Positions 1 through 9,129 of a DNA stretch of 64,000 nucleotides are shown in pieces (positions within the stretch are counted from its first letter, which is position 1; every line of letters starts with the position of its first letter). Source of the DNA: Octopus sinensis. Lineage: Eukaryota. The notes under the pieces were generated by a model that ran no database searches, was not told where the DNA came from, and saw only the letters and a program-made list of their open reading frames with translations. Location of the stretch: contig NC_043007.1 in assembly GCF_006345805.1 (NCBI RefSeq), positions 55,366,001-55,430,000 of the forward strand, given 5' to 3'. A program made the translations under genes and the position numbers.

Positions 1-640
1 GCCGGTGCAAGATCGATTCTACACGGCCGGCGCGTCCTCGAATTTCCGCCGCCGAACCGCCCGCCTTTCAGACGCTGCGTTCGCCCGCCCGTTGACGCCC
101 GCGTTTGCCCGCCTTCGCCCGCCTTTTGAAGCTCGCCTTCGTCCGCCTTCGCCCGCCTCTGGACGTCCGCTTCTTCACGCCCGCCTATTAGACGCTGCGT
201 TCTACCCGCATCTTTCGACGCACGCCTTCGCCCGCCTTTCAGACGCCGCTGCGTTCGCCCGACCCTTTCGACGCACGCGTTTGCCTGCCCGCCCGCCCGC
301 CTTCCTTCCTTCCTTCCTTCCTTCGCTCGCCCGCCGGCAACCGCCGCACAAGCGCTATTTACGTAGGGTCGCGGCCGAACGGCATAGGCGGACCGCCTGG
401 AAGGGATGTTGTCGGCGCTCCTTTCTGCCAACGGTTGGCTCCCTTATTGCCGGTGCAAGGTCGACTCTACACGGCTGGCGCGTCCTCGAATGTCTGCCGC
501 CGCCGCCGCCACACCGCCCGCCTTTTAGACGCGCTCCCTCGACGCCCGCGTCTGCCCGCCTCTTCACGCTCGCCGGTTCGTCCTCCCGCAATCGAACCGC
601 TTCTCGTGAAACGATCGTACCAAATTACCGAAGTTATTCT
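1..640. repeat. GC/CpG-rich tandemly repeated block (~448-bp period) with internal CGCCCGCCTTT(C/T)AGACGC subrepeats; runs off the window start
   Basis: gccggtgcaag(a/g)tcga(t/c)tctacacggc(c/t)ggcgcgtcctcgaat occurs at 1 and 449. Subrepeats lie near 59, 146, 179, 229 and 515. The sequence switches abruptly to AT-rich DNA at ~640. Confidence 0.75.
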
Positions 641-865
641 TGTTGCTTTTTTTGATTATATATATATATATATATATATATATGCATACACACACACATA
701 CATATATGTACACATATCTTTCTTGTATTTTGCTTGATACAATAGGGTTTGGTTTATATTTTTATGGGTGTATGAGTATGTGCGCGTATGTGTATTTTTA
801 TATGTTGTATTTGAGTATATATTTATATAAATATTATTGTGAGGATATATATACCTCTTAAAGGG

Positions 866-1014
866 GTGTTAGCATCCAAATTACCCAGTTTTTATGCAGC
901 GTATCGGTGAAGTACTAAAAAGTTGTTAGCCATGCTAATTCCTACAACATTGGAAAGATTCGCTGCCATCTCTGTGTAGATGAAATTCTTCAAATTTTAA
1001 CTTCTAAACAGTAA
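866..1014 (+). pseudogene. Decayed C-terminal part of a Penelope-like GIY-YIG endonuclease
   Basis: Manual translation KVVSHANSYNIGKIRCHLCVDEILQILTS parallels WSILSVSFPFDKGRKYCGICNSELFYVL of the relic at 5691-6060 (W-x-I...Y/F...C-x2-C-x2-E pattern); contains stops. Confidence 0.45.
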
Positions 1015-1731
1015 GAGGGAGAGTAGGTTGTCTTGTGTGCATGCCTAGAAATATGGGTTTAAAAACTGCAGTTGAATTAAACGTTACTAAAAATAAAAAT
1101 GATTTATCTAGTAGATATAAATTGATATTTAAAAAATAAAATATCTTAATTATAATTAAAATAAATAGTAATATTAATATCAAGTTAAATATACACTAAT
1201 TGGATAATAGATATAATTTCATAAATATTAGTGAATTCCTCGAATATCATCTTTTTGTATTCTCTTATAATAAAAGATATATTGAATACAAATCTTGGTG
1301 ACGTAAAATGCAGCTATAGTATCATAGAAAGCAGATTGTATCTGTCATACGGTAAACAATAACTTTTTTAATTGCTAAATAAAAATAAATACTTGATTAT
1401 TAAAAATAGTAGTTATGACTAAGTGACTTGGATAATAATTCTTAATTAACTAAGAAATTTTACCAACATATCATACTCTCACAAATAATAATGAAAATTT
1501 AGGAATAAATATATCTCCCTATATTTCTATCTATCCATCTCCATTGCACCCCACCCCAAAGCAAATACAATGTACTCTTTTAAACAATACCTCACCAAAA
1601 CATCTGTTTTATATAAATAAATGAGCTGCTTGTACATTCGCAAAATTTTATTTGACAAATTCGAGAAAGGAACGAAAGCGCTAATAATAATGAAGAAATA
1701 AAAAGATTTTTTCCAAAATTCTGACGACTTT

Positions 1732-1789
<58 letters not shown>

Positions 1790-1889
1790 ATACATACGCA
1801 TAACTATGCGTGTGAACGCATAAGAATGCTCATGTGTAACTTTAGGTCTGTGTATGTTTGTGTTTGTGTGTGTGTATATGTTGGTGTGT

Positions 1890-2207
1890 GTAGGCGCCTA
1901 TGCACACGGGCACAGGCTTGGCAAGCTTCTTAACCACATTGTTCCAGATTCAGTCATGCTGCGTGACACCTTGGGCGTTTGTCTTCTACTATAGCCCTGG
2001 GTCGATCAAAGCCTTGTGAGTGGATTTGGTAGACGGAACGTAGGCGCCGGCGTGGCTGTGTGATAAGAAGCTTGCTTCCAAACCACATGGTTCCAGGTTC
2101 AGTCCCACTGTAAAGCACCTTAGGCAAGTGTCTTATACTAGAGACTTGGGTCGACCACATCCTTGTGAGTGGATTTGGTAGACAGAAACTGAAAGAAACC
2201 CGTCGTA
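1890..2207 (+). mobile_element. Two tandem copies of a tRNA-derived SINE with CORE-like middle (1890-2039 degenerate; 2040-2207 near complete)
   Basis: taggcgcc..gtggctgtgtg head, ggttcagtcccactg B-box-like segment, caccttaggcaagtgtctt CORE-like segment and ccttgtgagtggatttggtagac.gaaactgaaagaa.cccgtcg tail. The same family occurs reversed at 8650-8790 and 44486-44536. Confidence 0.8.
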
Positions 2208-3289
2208 TCTGTACACGTAAAAGGCAGGATGTGTGTGTGTGTGTGTGTGTGCGCGTGAATGTAGTTTATGGAGGTCCACAAATTAGCACGCATGTCGCTC
2301 CAATTTTAGGAGGACATTTATCACCATTCTACCTGGGTTTTGTCAACTTATTTTTTCCCGAGGTACCTCGCGGATAGCGGTAAAAATCTATTTTCAACCA
2401 AAACTTTTACCAATTTTGAAGTTTGCTAAGATGAGTTGCCATAGCCAAGTAAAAGTGTAAGTATGAGTGTGTATGTGTGAGGGTGAGAGAGAAGTTGTGT
2501 GATGATGTATGTATGTGTGTGTGAGGGAGAGAGAGTGTTTGACAGTGTCTAGCAAAAAAGTAAAGAAAAAGTATGTGTAAGGAAGAGAGGGAGAGAGTTT
2601 GACAGCGTCTAACAAGAAAGAGGCAAAGAAAAGTGGGAGAGAGGGAGAGTGTTTGCCTTCGTCTAACAAAAGAAAAAGGTAAAGACAAAGTGAGAGAGAG
2701 AGAGAGAGAGAGAGAGAGTAAGTGACAGCGTTCATCAAAAATAAAAATGTAAAATGTTTTTTTTTCTTAAACACGAGATATAGTCTTCAAATTTAGGATG
2801 TTTTTTAAAGACACTATATTTTATAATCAGATAATATATACTTTCTCACACAACAATTAAAATATATTTTAAATCATTTATTTATTTTAAATCGTTCATG
2901 TTTCTCCCTCCTCTCACACACACATTACTTTAGGCGCGAAAGAGTTTTGTTTTTATTTTACGCTGAGGAAAAAAGTGTTTTACGCTGAGGAAACAAAGAG
3001 GTAGGTAACAATTTGTCAGTGAATTACACAATATAAATGGGTACAATTTCCGAGGCTTCCACCACAGCCCACCCCGCTTTTCGGACCACAAAAAGGGTTT
3101 TGTAGTATATTAGGAGGCCAGAATAGTTGATTCCACGCAAAAAATCTGATTTTCTTTTCTGAGTGAAAATCGTGCGAGTGTTAGTCTACAAATTTATCAA
3201 CATTTTTTCCATTCATTTCTGTTTATGTATATGTATGCGTACAAAAAACATATATGTAATATGTGTATGTACGTACGTACGTGTGTGTA

Positions 3290-3326
<37 letters not shown>

Positions 3327-3966
3327 ATGTTGCCCATATATATTTATATTATTTATATTATATATATATACATCGTCTTTGGATTTGGTTTGCAAGATTC
3401 TTTATATGAGTTTGTGTGTTGAAGCATATTCTGTTGTGTCGGGGGAGAGTAATTTCTTTTTGTGCCTTATAATATAGCACACTCACCGGTAAAATTTCCA
3501 CTTTTTTCTTATTTTTATTTTCCTAAAATTTCCGTTGCGTCTTGCAACCTTTTCAATAGTTTTGAGAGTCAAAACAATTGAAAGGTTGCAAAGACGCAAC
3601 GAAAATTTTAGGAAAATAAAAATAAGAATAACGTGGAAATTTTACCGGTGAGTGTGCTATATTATAAGGCACAAAAAGAAAATGACTCTTCCCAGACACA
3701 ACAGAATTCTATATATATATATTGGGGAAAACGGTAAGATAACAAAAGAAAGAAAGATACCTCAATATTATGTAAATAGAGGAAATTTATCTGTAAATTA
3801 ATATGTGGCAATTATACAATAGCCAAGATAAAACTCTGAGTTTCGGATGCCGAAGTGGAAATGGTTAAAGGTAACAATACAGAAAAAAAAAACAGAAAAA
3901 AATAAACCAATTTCAACGGATTTCGCCCAAATTTGACGTCGATATTAGTTTGGTTCGAAATAAAGA
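2208..3966 (+). mobile_element. Non-autonomous Helitron copy, expanded by internal insertions, 3' terminus missing
   Basis: Begins A|TCTGTACACGTAAAAGGCAGGATGTGTG like the complete copy at 52773. It shares collinear blocks 2208-2420, ~3230-3345 and 3910-3966 with that copy. Confidence 0.75.
3428..3707. repeat. ~280-bp near-perfect palindrome (fold-back)
   Basis: Left arm attctgttgtgtc...gcaaccttttcaatagttttga and right arm tcaaaacaattgaaaggttgc...gacacaacagaat are reverse complements around a 3-nt loop (gag, 3566-3568). Confidence 0.95.
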
Positions 3967-5590
3967 ATCTGATCCGCAACCCGGACGGAGAAAGCTCCTC
4001 TCCTTCTATTGAGATGAAATCGTCGCAGGTAGAGCTTTTCGGAATGACCCCGCAGCCGACGCTCCGGAGCAGGAGTGAAGAACAGCTCTTTCGAGAGGTT
4101 ACACTTCCCGCTTATGATGTTGTGGGCGAGAATGAGATCACCACGGCGGCGGCGTTTTTCAAGAGAATAAAGGTCGAGCGTCCTCAGCCTTTCTTCGTAG
4201 GACAAATTTTTGAGACCATGAACCAGGCGGGTAGCCAGCCTCTGGACTCTTTCGAGGTGCTGTATGTCTTTGAGGAGATAAGGAGAAGAGGCTTGAATCC
4301 CATACTCCAATATGGGTCTCACCAGCGTGACATAGAGTGGCAGGAATATGGCTGCTGTGAGCACTCCGAATGACCGTCGAATCAAAAACAGAATTCCGCG
4401 CGCTTTGTTGGCAGCATGGACGCACTGGGCCGAAGGCGAAAAGGAGGAATCCACCAAGATACCCAGGTCCTTTACCTGATCGGTCCTCTCCAGCAGCAGA
4501 CGACCCGGCTCAAAATCAAGTTGAGTTGCAGGAGTAGAGCCGACAGGCAGATGACAGCACTTTGACACGTTCAGACACAGGTCCCAATCGTTAGACCACT
4601 TCCAAATTTGGTGGAGGCATCGACGAAGATCCTCTATACTACCGCGAGGAGCGACCAGTTTGATATCGTCGGCAAATAGAAGGGTGTGTTGCGTGAGGTC
4701 GTCGGGCAAGTCATTTATGAAGACTAAGAACAACAAGGGCCCAAGCACTGAACCTTGAGGCACGCCACTGCTCGCACTGGAGACGTCGGACCGCGAACCA
4801 TTAACTTGAACTTGGAAGGAGCGATCTGAGAGGAAGGTACCAACCCATCGTACAATATCCGGATGGAAACTATATGCTTGAAGCTTGACAAGTAGTAGGC
4901 GGTGGTTTACCGAGTCAAAAGCTTTGGCAAAGTCCAATAAAACGATGTCAACAGCATCACTATCATCGAGGATGCGCGTCACCAATTCTTCCATTACTAG
5001 TAAGTTGGTCAAGCATGATCTCTTCGGCACGAAGCCGTGTTGGGAATCAGTGATCGAGGCTGTGCTTAGGAGGTGGAGCATCATACTTTTCTTAAGGATG
5101 GTTTCGAACATCTTGCTGATTATTGATGTAAGGGAAACCGGTCGGTAGTTAAGCGGGTCTTCGCGGCTCCCTTTCTTGAAAATTGGGCAGATTATCGCTG
5201 TTCTCCAGTCTGCAGGTACAACACCCGTCGCCAATGACATATTGAATAGTCGTGTTAAGGGCTCGCAGATGACCGGAGCCAACGCTTTGATAACCCGTGG
5301 GTGTATGCCGTCAGGGCCGTGACCCTTGTTGACATCGAGGCCTTGAATAACACGTTTGACTTGGTCCCGCGTGATGATCAATCGAAGCATTGGAGGTAAC
5401 GATCTATCAAATGGAGGGGGTTCATGACCATCATCTTGTTTGAAAATAGTTGAAAAAGCCTCGGCAAATAATTGACTCTGTTGATAAGGGTCCTCAATCG
5501 ATACGCCTGTTGAGTCTACCAATGTTACAATCTGATTGTTCAAGCGGAAATTCCGCTGGACATGGGCAAAGAAGGTTTTTGGATAGTAGT
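3967..5590 (-). mobile_element. CR1-type non-LTR retrotransposon fragment (RT plus C-terminal region), truncated at both ends, reading frame open
   Basis: ORF 3945-5600(-) has KGHGPDGI, NYRPVSLTS, QHGF, DFAKAFDSV, SGVPQGSVLGPLLF, FADD, KDLG, QRLATRLV, SYEERL, RRGDLI and RGHSEKL motifs. It is more GC-rich than its flanks. Confidence 0.93.
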
Positions 5591-5690
5591 ACTGCTCCAT
5601 GTAACGGGTTAGAAAGAAAGAATTTGTCTATGGTAGTGGCGTAGACGTAAAACTAATTATTAAAACCAAAGAGGTTATCTATATTATCTA

Positions 5691-6060
5691 TCATTTATAT
5701 GAGTGGAAAGTGTGTTTTTGCCAATGCTTGCACTTATACGATTTTTCCATAATTGTGTTTACCAAGGGAACCTTGGCGAAAAGTACATAGAAGAGTTCAG
5801 AATTACAAATGCCACAATATTTTCTGCCCTTATCAAAAGGAAAGGATACAGACAATATGGACCAATCCAACTTGAAAGTTATATTGTTGTCCTTAAGACG
5901 CCAAACCAATTTACTTAGTCCTGTACTTTGTTGTTTTCTCCTATCACGGAAAGTTGAATAATGGTTGGAAATTCTCTCGGACAATTTTGAAGTTGACGAA
6001 CCAATATAAAAGAAGACATCGGTACCGGAAGAAATTTTACACTGGTAAATGGAATTTTTA
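5691..6060 (-). pseudogene. Penelope-like element GIY-YIG endonuclease domain (5'-truncated PLE)
   Basis: Manual extension of ORF 5691-5984 gives IYQCKISSGTDVFFYIGSSTSKLSERISNHYSTF...STGLSKLVWRLKD...WSIL...CGICNSE...LVN...CKH: an IY/YIG pair plus the C-terminal Cys/His motif of PLE endonucleases. Confidence 0.8.
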
Positions 6061-6136
6061 ATTTTGGAATTTTAATCTATTAGGGTTTTCCTCCGAGATC
6101 AAGACGGAGTTTTTATTGTCATGATCTTGGAGAAAA

Positions 6137-6169
<33 letters not shown>

Positions 6170-6175
<6 letters not shown>

Positions 6176-6335
6176 AGAGTTTACGAAAAAAAACCCCAAA
6201 AGACGAAGACAGGTGGTATACAAAACAAACTGATGTATTAGTATAACGTTCAGGAATAGAAAAAGTCTTTTACGTTTCGAGCCTACGCTCCACTACAGAA
6301 AGGGACACCGAAAAAACAAGGAGAGAAAAAAATGT
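6170..6335 (-). mobile_element. PLE pseudo-LTR-like repeat containing a hammerhead-like motif (6267-6302)
   Basis: Reverse-complement match to 21790-21945. Minus strand reads cttt-CTGTAGTG-GAGC-gtag-GCTC-GAAACGTA-aaag. Confidence 0.65.
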
Positions 6336-6341
6336 GTGTGT

Positions 6342-6399
<58 letters not shown>

Positions 6400-6414
6400 T
6401 GAAAAAAATTGTAC

Positions 6415-7375
6415 AAACAAACTACGTAACGTATACTCAATGTAAAAGCGAACGAGAGACAAACAGAAGGTTTGTAATTCATCATCAGTTATCGACCAAT
6501 ATTCAGTTTCGCACCTTTAACGATAAGACTGAGTGCTTCTCAATTGGCGGTGCCCGCAAAAAAGGTTTTCTTGCGGAAAATTAGGGATAAGAGCAAACAA
6601 AACAAGCAAAACGACACAGAGTGTGATTTAGGACAGTGGACGAGGACAAACAGTCGAACAAAATACGGTCTTGGGGAGACGAGAATAGTGGGTAGACATT
6701 TTTTTTTATTTATTAAGTAATGGGACGCAACGCACACCGGATTTGTATTAAGTAAGTTTTTTATATACCCGTGTGACTCCCTCTCTTTTTGCCCTTATTC
6801 TTTCCTCTTTTCTATCGCCTACCCTCTCACGTCTATTCTAACCTTTCTACTTGCTCCTTTCATCTCTCTCTCTCCCTTGTATTCCTAGTTATTCGCCTTA
6901 CTCTTCATCCCTTTCCTTTTTTCTCTGTCACTTCCTCTCTCTGTTGTCTTTCTCCTCTGTCTGCTGCTGTCATGTGACCAGCGGCCAGTTTCCCTTTTCC
7001 TTCCTTTCTTACACTGATCCCGTAGCTAACCAGTCGCAAATTCCCTGTCTCACCGTTCTCCATCCCTCAAGACATTTTCTAAGCGTTACCCACTATTCTT
7101 ATCTCCTTGGCTCCCAAGGCCGTATTTTGTTCGACTGTTCGTCCTCGTCCATCGTCCACATTCTGGGTCGTTTTGGTTGTTTTGTTTTGTTTGATCTTGT
7201 CTCTAAATCTGCTTCTTTGCGGGCACCGCCATTTGGGAAGATTCAGTCTTATTGTTAAAGGTGCGAAACCGAATATTACCAATTGGGCAGCAACTGATAA
7301 ATAATTACGGTTCATCTCTTTGTCTCCTGTTCGTTTTGACAGTCAGTATACGTCACGTCATTTGTTTATACCTTT
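6415..7375. repeat. Two diverged inverted copies of a ~290-bp dispersed repeat (6415-6705 and 7075-7375)
   Basis: acccactattct, ccaag.ccgtattttgttcgactgtt, tttgcgggcaccgcca, tcagtcttat.gttaaaggtgcgaaac.gaatatt and gtatacgt.acgt appear in both copies in opposite orientation. Confidence 0.85.
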
Positions 7376-7376
7376 C

Positions 7377-7379
<3 letters not shown>

Positions 7380-7411
<32 letters not shown>

Positions 7412-7489
7412 TACATTCAGTATACGTCACGTCATTTGTTTATGCATTTCTTGATATATATTTAAATAAATAAATAAATATATATATAT

Positions 7490-7564
<75 letters not shown>

Positions 7565-7640
7565 TATATACATATATACACACACATATATATGAATACT
7601 TATACATATATACATACATACATACATACATACATGTGCC
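7380..7640. repeat. Compound (TA)n/(TACA)n microsatellite
   Basis: Directly visible. Confidence 0.95.
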
Positions 7641-7664
7641 GAGCAATTGTCAATCAACAAAACT

Positions 7665-8530
7665 GTATGTCAGAGGTGCGAAACCATTAGATGAACCTAG
7701 TTTCAGTGTGGCTAGACTACAAGAAAGCCTTTGACTCTGTTGCCCACTCATGGATTCTAGAAGCCCTTTAACTTGCTAAAGTTCCAGTGAGCATAGCCAA
7801 AGCCATAGCTGACCTGACTTCATAGTGAGCCACCATCTTGGAATTAAACATAAAAAGTGACTGATAGAATACAGTATCGCAAAGGCATATTCCAAAGGGA
7901 TAGCCTCTCTGTTGTTAATACTTTCTGTAAACCCCTAGTCATTTATGATAAGGAAATCTGAAGGATATCCCACTGATTCACAAAGAAACAGAAATAACAA
8001 AATTACAGTTTCTTTATGGATGACTTAAATATGCATGAGGTGAAAAAGAGCCTTGGCCTGGTTACACCATTCTCAAAGGATGTAGGATTGGAGTTTGGTC
8101 AGGATAAATATTATATGATTGTGAAAATGAGGAAAACTGTAAACCAGACTAGTGACATCTCTATCAAAGACTTGCCTGTTCCCCCTATATCTGCCGAGGA
8201 ATGCTACAGGTATCTAGGGGTGGATGAAAGCATATTTTACAATGGCACCTGTAACAAAACACGTTTCACTGAAGAATATTACAGCCAAATAAAGAAAATT
8301 TGGACCTCATAACTTTCTGAATTCAATAAAACAGAGGTCCACAATGTGTTTGAAGTGCCAGTATACCAACATTTGGGCTGCTTGATTGGACTCATGATGA
8401 GATCAGAGCCATTGATGTGAAAACTCAGAAAATACTAACAAGCACACATAATTTCAACATAAACAGTGACGTAGACCGCCCCTACCTAAAACGAAAACAA
8501 AGCGGCAGAGGCTTAACATCGTTTCAAAAT
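7665..8530 (+). pseudogene. Decayed R4/Dong-like RLE LINE reverse transcriptase fragment
   Basis: Manual translation gives [70 protein letters not shown], with frameshifts and stops. Confidence 0.85.
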
Positions 8531-8649
8531 GTCTATTATCGAACCACTAAGTCACGGAGAGCATAAAGACACCAACACAGACACGCACAAAGACACCTGC
8601 GCGCGTGCACACACACAAAAAACACAAATACACACATACACATATATAT

Positions 8650-8790
8650 ACGACAAGCTTCATTCAGTTTTCGTCTACCAAATCCGTTCACAAGGCTTTA
8701 GTCGGCCCAAGGCTCTAGTAGATGACACTCGCCCAAGGTGCGACGTAGTGAGACTGAACCAGGAATCATGTGTAAGATTCTTACTACACA
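8650..8790 (-). mobile_element. tRNA/CORE-like SINE fragment (same family as 2040-2207)
   Basis: ttcagttttcgtctaccaaatcc.ttcacaaggcttt.gtcggcc...gacactcgcccaaggtgc...gactgaacc is the reverse complement of the family. Confidence 0.8.
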
Positions 8791-8843
8791 GCCAAGCTCG
8801 CGCTTATATATGTATATATTTTGTTGCATCCTCCGTCTCCAAA

Positions 8844-9129
8844 TGCCGTGGTACCGCTACGATATTGTGACGGATGGTTTAGATACACTGTACCAGTGTT
8901 GTAACAGTAAATAAGATAACAGTGCAGCCGTAATAACAACGTAACTATCCAACAATCTCTTTACTAACAAGCGATCAATATTCCAAACGAACGAACCAAC
9001 CGACACCTTCCGATTTCACTGCGCACTAAACTCGAACTAATGCACAAACTTAACTCCGACCACTACTATTTTCAATCGCTCGGTCCAGTCTATTTCCCGC
9101 AAGGAGGCGTCGTGACTCTCATAATGACA
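8844..9129 (-). mobile_element. Gypsy-type LTR flanked by a PPT (9130-9137) upstream and a PBS-like motif (8829-8843) downstream
   Basis: Minus strand starts TGTCATTATGAGAG right after the purine run AAAAGAGA and ends ...CCACGGCA, followed by TTTGGAGACGGAGGA (resembles the TGGCGACGAGG-type Gypsy PBS). Confidence 0.7.

Noticed and set aside
5-655. 216-aa R/P/A-rich ORF and overlapping ORFs
   Set aside because: A by-product of GC-rich repeated DNA; no recognisable domain and repetitive composition.
3933-4373. Plus-strand ORFs (3933-4373, 4885-5148, 5450-5644) as genes
   Set aside because: Antisense shadows of the CR1-type RT frame.
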